39,821 nt of DNA from Hydrurus foetidus (taxonomy: Eukaryota): positions 1 to 39,821 of the forward strand of contig UYFQ01000749.1 of NCBI GenBank assembly GCA_900617105.1, given 5' to 3'. Shown here in pieces: positions 1 to 10,573 of this stretch. A program made the translations under genes and the position numbers. Numbering within the stretch: position 1 is the first letter of the stretch; each line of letters begins with the position of its first letter. A model generated the notes under the pieces. It did not search any database and was not told where the DNA came from. It saw only the letters and a list, made by a program, of their open reading frames with translations.

Positions 1-1
1 T

Positions 2-1009
2 GACATATGTGTATTCAATAGGACTGAGCTAGATTCCACTCAGACTACTTTAGTTATCCATGTTGATGATATGATGATCAGCAGTAGGGATGAGAAGCGT
101 ATAGATAGTATAATTTCAGAGATAGAAAAACTATACCCAGGCTTGACTAAGAGTAGAGGTAAAGTGTTGAATTATATAGGTATGACTTTTAACTTTGAGC
201 AGTTAGGCAGAGTTGTCATATCCATGGAAGGTTTCATAAAAGACTTGTTAGACGATTGCATAGAGATTGTGGGGGTGTCTAGAACACCTGCCGACGATAA
301 TCTATTTAAGATCGATCTTAACAGTCCTTTATTGAAAGATAAAGAACGTGAGAGATTCCACTCACTAACAGCTAAGTTGTTATATTTAAGTAAGAGAACC
401 AGACCAGACATACTGACATGTATAGCATATCTAACTAAAAGAGTCTTAGAACCTAGAACCGACGACTGGAATAAGTTAGCGCATACTATACGGTATATCA
501 GAGAGACTAGAGCTACGCCGCTGACCCTAGAGGTAGATACTCCGGTTAAGGTTATAGCCTATATAGATGCATCATACGCTGTACATGCAGATAAGAAGAG
601 TCACACTGGCTGTATTATAACACTAGGTAAGGGAGCAATATATGGTAAGAGTTCCACACAGAAATTAAATACTACGTCTAGCACAGAGGCAGAACTAGTA
701 GCTATGACTGAAGCAGGTAATCAGGTTTTATGGACTAGGAATTTCCTTATCCATCAAGAGTATGAGGTAGGTCCAGCTTTAATTTACCAAGATAACCTAT
801 CCACAATTCAGTTAGTTAAGAACGGTAGGTCCAACAGTGAAAGAACTAGACACATAGACATCAAGTTTTTCTTCCTGCATGACCGAATTAAATCAGACCA
901 TATTATTGTAACCTACAAGAGTACTAAAGAAATGATTGCAGATTTGCTGACCAAGCCACTGCAGGGGAAGCTATTCCAAGAGCTACGTGACCAAGTGCTC
1001 AATGTATAA
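2..1009 (+). CDS. Ty1/copia Pol C-terminus (RT HVDD motif + RNase H), 5'-truncated by the window edge
   Basis: The frame is open from base 2: DICVFNRTELDSTQTTLVIHVDDM..., LLYLSKRTRPDI, YIDASYA, SSTEAEL, IYQDN, RTRHIDIK, MIADLLTKPL. Confidence 0.95.
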   Translation, partial: DICVFNRTELDSTQTTLVIHVDDMMISSRDEKRIDSIISEIEKLYPGLTKSRGKVLNYIGMTFNFEQLGRVVISMEGFIKDLLDDCIEIVGVSRTPADDNLFKIDLNSPLLKDKERERFHSLTAKLLYLSKRTRPDILTCIAYLTKRVLEPRTDDWNKLAHTIRYIRETRATPLTLEVDTPVKVIAYIDASYAVHADKKSHTGCIITLGKGAIYGKSSTQKLNTTSSTEAELVAMTEAGNQVLWTRNFLIHQEYEVGPALIYQDNLSTIQLVKNGRSNSERTRHIDIKFFFLHDRIKSDHIIVTYKSTKEMIADLLTKPLQGKLFQELRDQVLNV

Positions 1010-1519
1010 AGAAATTCAGGGAGTTATTTATTGATTTTGACTTACCCACTTATAGCGCTTTTTCCAGATAAATTACAAAATAAAAATAAAAATCTGATTT
1101 CGCTTTAAATCAACATTTGTTTGATAGGACCGCGAGGGACATCGATGCACCGCTTTTGCGACATCGAATGTCGACGTTTTAGCGGATTTAAGGGCACCAA
1201 CATCGGTTGGATCGAACTCGAGACCGGTCACCAGCTGAGGCTTTTTTGACGGTTTAGAAATAGTTTTTCTCGAGTAATACCTATCCGCTAATCCAACCAC
1301 CCATGTTTTATTTTACACCACATCACGACGCAACTTGTCAATATTAAAAAATTCCGTGAAAAATATTTTTAAGAAAATTTACTGTTTACCATACCCTAAC
1401 ACTAAGTTCCCTATCTGAGTGTTGTGTGAAACATTATGAACAATAACCAATAAGTATACTATATAAGCATATGCTAATTAACATATTCACTTATTCAAAC
1501 AATAACCATCATGGGGGTG

Positions 1520-1976
1520 TGTTGTGATATCCGGATTAGACTAGGATCTTGTACCCTGTGTGATGTATGATTGTTTTCATGCACGGGTGTACGTACATTC
1601 AGCGATAACATTGACCGCAACCCTCGCACTCATGTTATGCTACCTAGATGTAATCGACAGCATGGCACCGAATAGAACGTCTTCTTCTCTTTTGAGCGAG
1701 CGTTGCTAGCAGTCGGAAGTGCAGGGATCGTTTGGGAACTCGGAAGAAATTCCGTGTAAATCGCCCAGATTTCCAATATGACGACCCGATTGAAGTTTAG
1801 AGCCGTTTCGGGTTTCAGAGTGAACAAGATCAAGAATCAAGATCATCAAAACAAAAAACAAACAAATCAACTGGAGATGGTTGCCTCTTGTAATTTGAAT
1901 CGCCTTATCAGAAGTTTGTCATTTTCATCACAACCTCATGCTGTCGGCTTCAAAGACTTAGATCAGCCCAGCAACA
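1520..1976 (+). repeat. Putative 3' LTR of element A
   Basis: Starts TGTTG right after a GGGTG-ending PPT, as in the other elements here. The end is uncertain (CAACA at 1976 or ATCACAACC near 1935). Confidence 0.45.
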
Positions 1977-1977
1977 C

Positions 1978-3504
1978 ATGGTCGTAAAAAACATGGAAAA
2001 ATCCGATGTTATTCCTACCGTAATTGATAGCGATGGTAGTGACTCCATTGGTAATGATCTTAGCTTGGATTTGATAAGAGGGAGTTTATCGTGTCTCGGA
2101 AAACACCCACTTAATCTTAGACACGCGTATCTTGATTTCAGCGCTGAGGGGAAAAGAATTCGTGGAATAGATAACATTCAATCCTATCCGCATCTGATGT
2201 ACGTGAGCCTTTCCAATAACCTCATAGAGAATTTGAAACCCCTAGAGAATTTGCCTGCACTAGTTCAGCTGAAAGCGAGGTGAGGACAGCTTTTCTCAGA
2301 CTTAAAAGCTCTCCTTCTCAGTCTCACATCAGAATTGCTTGAACAGAAATAATCTCCTACGAGATTGTTTGATGTTCTCGCCGAAAAAATGCACCTCCGA
2401 AAGTGCTTCGCCTGACGGTCAGAAAGACGTGGGATCTATGTTGGCTGTGGCCGATCTTAGTGGTAATCAGTATCAGAGATAAGAAATCTTGATGACCACA
2501 ATTTTCTGGAGTGTTTGATTCTTAGCGCCAACAGGATAACGATGATATCAGGACTACAAAACTTAAAATACCTTCAGGTGACTAACTTCCCTGAAAGTCC
2601 TCGATCATTTATTTCTATCACACAGCGATTAAAATCTATGATATGGTGGTAATGAGGATGTGGCAATTTCTGTTTCTTATGAGGCAGGTTCTGGATTTAT
2701 CATATAATAAGCTGACGAGAATCGAAGCCCTGGAAGGCCTGCTTCTGAACGACTTGAATCTTGAGGGGAATCACATCACCTCTTTAAAAGGCCTTTCAGA
2801 TAATCCTCGTTTAAGTATTCTGAATGTAGCAAATAATAGAATTGCATCTCTAGCACCTTTAGCGCTTTGTTTAGAGCTGTGTAACCTGAATGTGAGCCGA
2901 AACAGGGTGAAGAATGTGAGACAGGTGGAGTTCTTGAAGGGACTCCAATGGCTCAATCATTTGACTTTATCCGACAATTCGTGCTGTCAGAAAATAAGCT
3001 ACAGGTAAGAGGTGAAACATGACGTAAAGATTCTAAGAAACATGATGTTTATTTTCTCAGCATTCACCATCTTGTAGAGCATCGCATGCATGCTCTCAGT
3101 AGACATCGTTGTCGTTACCTCCCTCAACTCATTCTTTCCAATTTATCTCCACTTCACTGTCACTTAGAGCACGAGTATCGTTTAGACTGCCTCATTTGCA
3201 GCAACTCGATGACTCCGTCATCTCCTCGGAGGAGAAAATACGTGCGTGTAATTTATACGGTTCTGAGGGAGGAGATCTGCAGCAACGACAAGACGCCTTG
3301 AATAAGTATTTCCCTGACGAGTGTTTCGAAGATTACATACCGTATTTTGAGGATGACGAACTGGACATCAGGATATCGGAACTGCACGAGGACGGTGGGG
3401 AGGGTGCTGGCTGTGTGCAACAAGATGCGAGTTACGAAGATGCCAAATCCCTCGTAGGTGCGATACTACGGGACATTAAAGACGGAGGCGAAACCGGCAT
3501 TTGA
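1978..3504 (+). CDS. LRGUK-like leucine-rich-repeat protein (LRR part only, no guanylate kinase domain seen); exons 1978-2279, 2347-2577, 2688-3004, 3168-3504
   Basis: SDS22-type LRRs (LMYVSLSNNLIENL, LDLSYNKLTRIEAL, LNLEGNHITSLKGL) and an LRR cap (YRARVSFRLPHLQQLD..EEKIRACNLY) resembling LRGUK. Introns are GT-AG and in phase. Exon 2 needs one extra base near 2470 to stay in frame. Confidence 0.75.
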
Positions 3505-4133
3505 TATTTTTCTCATCTTGTTAAGAATGCGCTATCTTGTCGGATAAATCTGTTATTTGATGTTAGCCGATCGTCATCAACGCGGCGACATGCCTCGATT
3601 GAAAGTGATCACTGATCGCTCAGCTTTTGTCGATTACAAAGACGTCACGGTATACGCTACGCTAGAGGCTTAATGTCTGTCTTCAGTTGAAAAGTCAAAT
3701 CGAGTGACGACACTTTTACGCGACAAAATCGAGGGGAAAGCCTGCTTATTTCCTCATCCTCTGCATTTCAGCTAAATTTCACTTCATCTACCTTAGAGTC
3801 ATTTTTTAACTTTTCCAGTATTATGTAGATGTTGATCGAGAAGTGGAGAAGATGGTTCAGTGACTCATCAATGAAGTACTATTTTAGCTGATCATTGACC
3901 TTGTGACATTTTGAAGTATTCCATACTTCATGGTATCTGAGATATACATAAGTAGAAAGACTCCTCATACTAAATAGCTCTTTCTATGGTATGGTAGCGT
4001 CAAGATTAAATATGCAATAATTTGCATGCTGCATGCATGATGATATATAATATTATGGCACTCGACGGTACCGTAGGTGTCTCGTCATATAACATAATAT
4101 AACGGATTTTCAAATGAAACGGGTTCTACAGAG

Positions 4134-4459
4134 TGTTGGGATTTCTCGAAACCGGTTGCTGACAACTGGTGCGTACGTGACCGGTACCCCAAGACTCGCG
4201 AAATAGACGTATAGTACAATCACTTGATAATTAAACTTGTGATGCCATCTGCAACATGACGGCAACACAGTTTATTACATTCATCAAGATCGAAGCATGC
4301 ATCACTCATATCATGGTATCTTGTGCGGACACAGTCCGCAAAGATCATGCATCCAACGGGGTCCCGGCCACTACCCCATGGGTACACGCCGCTGTCCGTC
4401 GGGTTCCACACACACACATCTACTACAGTCTACAGTGTCTTTTCCCGGATAATCAAACA
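4134..4459 (-). repeat. 3' LTR of B1 (326 bp)
   Basis: TG...CA ends; near-identical to 14970-15302 over about 278 bp. Confidence 0.93.
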
Positions 4460-4554
4460 CACCCAACAGGCACACATAGTTGTTAATGTATCACGCATTT
4501 GATTTTCAACCATAGGATGTCAAGGTGAATTGGTTTGCACGCAGTATGTCTAAC

Positions 4555-5026
4555 CTAAATAGGATTTTCTTTGAGCACCCTCAATTGCTCAATGTCCTTT
4601 GCCCATCCCGTGAGGCCCTCTCTCTCTCTCTTCAACTGTGCACCCTGCAGCGGCTTGGTCAGCACGTTCGCGTACATCTCTGCGCTTGGCAGATACTCCA
4701 CCCGGATCTCCCCGAGGTCCACCCGCTCATTCACCCAGAAGTATCGGATCTGTATGTGTCGAGTCCGCTCCGCCGCGGACCGGCCGCGATCGATGAGTGC
4801 CATGCACGATTGGTTGTCCTGGAACAGCGTGATCGGCGCCATAGTGTACCCTTGCTCGATGAGGAAATTACGGATGTAAATTCCTTGGTTGGCCGAGTCG
4901 GACATCCCCACTAGCTCAGCTTCGGTGCTCGACTTTGTCACGATGAGTTGCTTGCTGGACCTGCAGTGGACTGCACCTGACTCACCCAGCACCACACAGC
5001 TCCCCGTGTGGGACTTTCCGTCGCTG
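4555..5026 (-). CDS. B1 Gag-Pol distal fragment (RNase H C-terminal part), cut off by the B2 insertion
   Basis: SDGKSHTGSCVVLG..KSSTEAEL..FQDNQS..RTRHIQIRYF..MYANVLTKPL. It joins in frame to ...YVDASYGVH when B2 and one TGCAC copy are removed. Confidence 0.92.
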
Positions 5027-5031
5027 TGCAC

Positions 5032-5349
5032 TGTTGGAGTATCCGGAGAAAAGACACTGCTGTAGTTGTATAGTATATGTATGGATCCTGACGGACAGCG
5101 GCGTGTACCCTGGGGTACGAACCGCTGACCGTTGGATGTATGGGCTCGAGGAGCCATCCATTCATCTGTCTTCAACATGGATGAAAAACGTGCAATTGCC
5201 TTGATATGTAAAGCTTCGTTGCCGTCTTGATTGATGCCGGTGCACAAGTTTAATTATCAAGTAATTATACAACACAAGTCTATTTTACGAGCCTTGGGTC
5301 ACCGGTCGCTACGAGTTGCAAAGCATCCGGATTCTGAGAATCCCCAACA
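5032..5349 (+). repeat. 5' LTR of B2
   Basis: TGTTGG...CCAACA; direct repeat of 10256-10573. Confidence 0.97.
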
Positions 5350-5359
5350 TAATTAAACT
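5350..5359 (+). other. B2 primer-binding site, complementary to its own LTR motif 5247-5256
   Basis: TAATTAAACT is the reverse complement of AGTTTAATTA. Confidence 0.8.
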
Positions 5360-5375
5360 AGATCAGCGCATCGAG

Positions 5376-8300
5376 ATGCCGCCGAAGAAACAAGAAGAAC
5401 CAAAGTCAGGTGCAGAGCACTGCATGCTGAAGATCGGACATCAAAACAACGTGGTGCAATGCAGAACGAGGCATGCGGCCTGTACGGCATGACCGGCATG
5501 TTCTTCAGCACCAACAAGAGATACGTCCATCCGTACCCTCGCGAGGAGGATTACAATCCCACCTTTCAAACGGTGGATACCGATACCACTGACGGCGGGT
5601 ATCGAAAATGAAGACGGGGAAGAAGATGAAGATGGATCCGTAGACCCAGAAAATGTCATGATCGGGCCACAGCTCCCTCCAGAGCTCCTGTCGTGTACTC
5701 TGAGGCACTCATCGACAAGCTGCGAGCCGGTGCGTTCGAAGGACGCCGTAAGGCAGTCGAGACCCAAAAAGTCGATGAGCAAAAGCTTTTTCCACTCATG
5801 TGGTCGAGGATGTCGACTGGGTCCAAGTCCAAGGTTCGAGAGGAGCCAGGATTCGAGGCATGTCGCCTCAGACTCGACAGTGTGCAACTGTGGGAGTTCA
5901 TTCGAAGGAGTCACTTAACTCACGTCTACGGCGAAGACGACTCAATGAGAGCAGTGAATGTCCACGAACAAACACTTAGGTATAACTACCTCAGACAGGG
6001 TGAACGTGAGGTAATAGGCGACTTCAAAACGCGCTTCGATAACCAGGTATTAGCCAACAGAGGTGTTGGTATGACTGAAGTGGAAGAACCGATACGTGCT
6101 ATCGACTTCCTCAGTAAGTTAGACCCAAAAAGGTATACCGGTATGTTGACACTTATGCGTAACAACGCTGTACAAAACCTACCAAACAGTTACCCTTCCA
6201 CCTTAGCCGGAGCATACAGGGTAGCGTCATCTTGGACCAACGCCGGCGGCGGAGTCCCCCTCGGAGCCGAGCAACATTCCGCATTCCTCACCGACACTTT
6301 GTTGGGAACAAAGGAAAAAGTCGCTGGAAAAGGGTCGAAAGGCAAGACAGCTGCGCCGAAGAAGAAATCATCGTCAGTGATTTGCTTCGTATGCGGAAAG
6401 ATCGGCCACTATGCAAAAGACTGCGAAGAACGCAAGGTCGGCGAGCAAGCACTGCTCACCGGTATCGAAGACCAAATCGAAGACGACGATGAGAGCGTCG
6501 AGGCAGCCTTCGTTACGACAAACGAAGTCGCTCTGTTCACGCGAAGTCATGTTCTGCTGGACAATCAGGCCTCCGTCAACATATTTTGCAACGGGCCTCC
6601 TGACAGATATCCGGAAATCGCAGCATGCGATCCTCCTCAACGGAGTCCAACTCGAAGCAAAGGGCGTCCGAGTTGACCAAGAAGGTGACTTCGGGGAGAT
6701 CGGCCCTGTATACTACAGCCGCAGGGCCACAGCCAACATATTGTCATTCGCAGCTATGGCTGATAGCGGTGCCGACATACGATACGAACATGAGACGGGG
6801 TGCTTCGTCATGCGTCCAGCGGGTAGCAGTACGTCTTACAGCTTCAGCAGGCAGAACCTGCCAGGTTCTACGGGACGATTCTACGTGTGCGATGCAAGCG
6901 GCATGGCTGGAGTGAAATCGCCCTGTCAGCCATCGAGCAGGTCATGGTTACTACTGTCAGAGACAACATGTTGAAGTTCACAAAACGCGAAATAGCGTCG
7001 GCAGCAGCAGCCAGGGAGATGCTAGCTCGTATGGGATACCCGCCGGTCGAGATGGCGATCGCGATGATACGCGGTGGGAACAACTTCAGCGTCTCGGAAG
7101 CCGACTTCCGAAACACAATCTGGGGCAAATGTCTTGGTGCGTGGCAAAAGTCACAAGAAATCTCGCCCGTGGCGGATATTTCGTTGACACCTGCGCCAGC
7201 ACAACAGCAGCAAGTGTTGAGTGTGGACATCATGTATCTGGAGGCCACAGCGATACTTATAGCAGTTTCTACCCCTCTGGATATGACCCTTGCTGTGAGT
7301 CTCATTCGACTCGACACTGGCAAGACCTCTCGTCAAGCGGCAGTGGTAAAGCCGGCATTGAATGAGATGATATCCATACTGAAATCCAGGAACTTCTTAG
7401 TGCATGTCATCATGTCTGACGGAGAAGGTGCTATTGGAAAAATGAGGCCTGACTTAATGGCACTCGGAATAGAGGTGGATGTGAGTGCAGCTGGCGGGCA
7501 TGTTGCAAGAATTGAACGACGAATACAGATGGTGAAGGAGAGAGCACGTGCTCACATATGCGGTAGACTTCCATTCACGCTGAATGAGCTGGGCAATACC
7601 TACCTAGCACTTTACTGCGTCTCACGTATCAACTGCCAGCAGTCAGGATCAAGGCCAGGGGGTCTCTCGCCAAGAGAACTTTTTTCGGGACGGCGGGTTG
7701 ATGGGACCCTGGACTTCCGTGCCGCGTTCGGAGACTATGCCGTTTGTACAGTACCTAATACTGACAACACGATGACATCACGTACTGAAGATTGTATTGT
7801 CATGCTACCTACACACAGCAGGACTGGATCATTCAAGATGCTTTCACTCACCACCGGCGAACGATCAACCGTGATATGCCCAGCCCATTCACACTGAATG
7901 CCATGGCATCAGAGAAGGGAAGAAAATCATCCAAACTAAATTACATGTGTTTGACGAAATGTTATTTGCCAACAGTCTTGACAAGTCTAACATGCCAACC
8001 TTCATTATAAACCCCCCCACTCAGGATCCACCTGTCGACAAAAGCGAGGGCCACAATCAACCAACCCTCACCGACTTACCATCAGCGGACATTTTCGACA
8101 GTCCTCCTTCTGATGTGGGGGGGTGGGCAGTAGCAGCCGCCATACCAGCAGCCGCCATACCAGATGAAATCAGAACTTCGGAGCTCGAGACAATTGGGGT
8201 GAACGGACAGGACATACTCACTCCACCATCACCCCCCACACCAATACCGCCATATGAACCAACACTCCCAGACGACATTCCAGACGGTGCACATGCACTC

Positions 8301-10111
8301 GACAGTGAGCCCACAGCACAACCAGTGCAGTCAACAGTGAGAGAGCAGCGAAGAGCGCCAGTACCCACAGAAAGGATGGTGACAAGGTCATCCCGCACGA
8401 GTGAAGATGCGTTCGTAATCAACGCTGTAGAGAGAATAGTCAAGACAGCAGCGTCGATACACAACGTGGAAGAGGTGTTACAGCGTCATAGAGACGAAGT
8501 TAGTAAGAGCAACACAGCCAACATCAGCGTCAGAGAGGCATTTCGCACCAGGGGTGACGAAGCCAAGAGAGTCATCGTGTCAGAGCTGAAGCAGATGATC
8601 GACAAGAGAGTATGGGTACCGTAATGGGAGGGAAGCTATCAGCGATGCAGAGGGCGGCGACGATCAGGTCCTCCATGTTCCTGAAGCAGAAGAACAACCC
8701 AAACGGGAGCTTCCACAAACTCAAGGCCAGGCTGGTCGCAGGAGGCGATCAGCAGGACAAGAGCCTGTACGAGGACCTATCGTCACCAACTGTGTCCACC
8801 AGCGCGGTGTTCACCCTGTTAGCGATCGCAGCACATGAGGAGCGTCGAGTCGCAGTAGTAGACATCAGTGGAGCGTACTTAAACGCAGACATGGCACTAG
8901 AAACGCCGGTGCATATGCGCCTGGACCGTACTATGACGGACCTAATTATTGACCTCGACCCAACATACAGTAAGTACACAGACGCGAGAGGCGGCGTGAC
9001 GGTACACTTGAAGAAAGCCTTATACGGGTGTGTTGAGAGTTCCGGGTTGTGGTATGAGAACCTACATGCCACCATGCTGGGACTGGGGTACGTACGGAAT
9101 ATCTGTGATAAATGTGTATTCAACCGAACAGGCCCAGACGGGCATCAGTGTACCGCTGCAGTGCACGTCGACGACTTCTCATAGCGAGTAAGAGCAAGGT
9201 CTATCATCCCACCTAGTCGACGGACTGCGGATTAGGTACGGTGCAATCACATTATCACATGGACCTTATAAATTACCTCGGTATGGCAATAGACATGCAT
9301 ATACCAGGACAGGCGATGATCACCACGACAGGATATTGCGACGAGATCGTCAAGATATCAGGAGTGAAGGGACCGCACGTCACCGGCCACAGAGGGGCTG
9401 TTCGAGACAAGAGAGGAGCTGTTCAGCAGCGAGCCAGTGCGAGTATGGTTCCACAAAGTCGTCGCCATGGTGCTATACCTGACCAAGCGCACGAAACCCG
9501 AGTGCCTAGTGGCAGTGGCCTTCCTAGCCACCCGCGTCAACAAGTGCACCGCAGACGATGTGGAGAAGCTCCAGCGGCTAGTGCGATACATACACGGAAC
9601 GAGGGACAGCGGCGTAGTGCTACGACCGGGTGCGGCGGGGATTTCAGTGAGACTTTTCGTGGACGCCTCCTATGGGGTGCACAGCGACGGGCGGTCGCAC
9701 ACAGGGAGCTGCGTAGTGATAGGCGATGTCGGAGCAGTGCACTGCAGATCCTCGAAGCAGCTCATCGTGACAAAGTCGAGCACGGAGGCGGAGCTGGTCG
9801 GGCTGTCCGACTCAGCCAATCAGAGTATATTCATCCGTACATTTCTCATTGCACAGGGTTACAAGATGGAGCCGGTCCACCACCAACCCTGCACCGGGTG
9901 GGCGAGGGAGATCCGAGGAGCGCACGCACGCCACATCCAGATCAGATACTTCTGGATCAAAGAGCGGGTGGACACCGGAGAAGTGCGGGTGGAGTACTTA
10001 CGCAGTGAGGATATGTACGCGAACGTGCTCACGAAGCCGCTTCAAGGATCCCAGTTCCTGAGAGAGAGAGATGGGCTCACAGGGTGGACCGCAGAGAAAG
10101 GAAAGAAATAA
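5376..10111 (+). pseudogene. B2 gag-pol, broken by many frameshifts and small deletions
   Basis: Starts MPPKKQEEPKSGAE. Fragments in several frames carry the CCHC knuckle (CFVCGKIGHYAKDC), LLDNQAS protease, integrase (SDGEG, ERRIQMVKE), RT (KARLVAGG, LKKALYG, HVDD) and RNase H. Colinear with B1. Confidence 0.92.
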
Positions 10112-10255
10112 GGGTGCCATCGACGAAGACGGGTAGCACTCGATACAAATAGTTAGATATTACTGCTTGCAAATCAATTCACATTTTCACTTTTGTTGCC
10201 GACATCAAAATCCAATGCGTGACTGGGTGCTCAACTACTGCGTGCCTGTTGGGTG

Positions 10256-10573
10256 TGTTGGAGTATCCGGAGAAAAGACACTGCTGTAGTTGTATAGTAT
10301 ATGTATGGATCCTGACGGACAGCGGCGTGTACCCTGGGGTACGAACCGCTGACCGTTGGATGTATGGGCTCGAGGAGCCATCCATTCATCTGTCTTCAAC
10401 ATGGATGAAAAACGTGCAATTGCCTTGATATGTAAAGCTTCGTTGCCGTCTTGATTGATGCCGGTGCACAAGTTTAATTATCAAGTAATTATACAACACA
10501 AGTCTATTTTACGAGCCTTGGGTCACCGGTCGCTACGAGTTGCAAAGCATCCGGATTCTGAGAATCCCCAACA
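10256..10573 (+). repeat. 3' LTR of B2
   Basis: Direct repeat of 5032-5349. Confidence 0.97.

Larger units (their letters stand above)
1..1976 (+). mobile_element. Copia element A, 3' part only (RT-RNase H, 3' UTR, PPT, 3' LTR; right boundary uncertain)
   Basis: Copia RT/RNase H ORF. PPT-like ATGGGGGTG (1511-1519) is followed by TGTTG at 1520. The candidate LTR end CAACA at 1976 cannot be verified because the 5' LTR is outside the window. The protein is clearly related to element D pol. Confidence 0.75.
5032..10573 (+). mobile_element. Copia element B2, full length, nested in B1 RNase H in opposite orientation
   Basis: 318-bp LTRs at 5032-5349 and 10256-10573, identical by eye. 5-bp TSD TGCAC (5027-5031, 10574-10578). 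PPT GTTGGGTG at 10248-10255. Confidence 0.97.

Noticed and set aside
3505..4133. Intergenic stretch checked for genes or LTR remnants
   Set aside because: No ORF, terminal repeat or RNA-gene motif that I could support.
10504..10573. C-terminal tail of the 1480-aa ORF, and likewise the N-terminus of ORF 4555-5247
   Set aside because: These are chance antisense read-throughs of B2 LTRs on either side of the insertion, not part of the real polyprotein.
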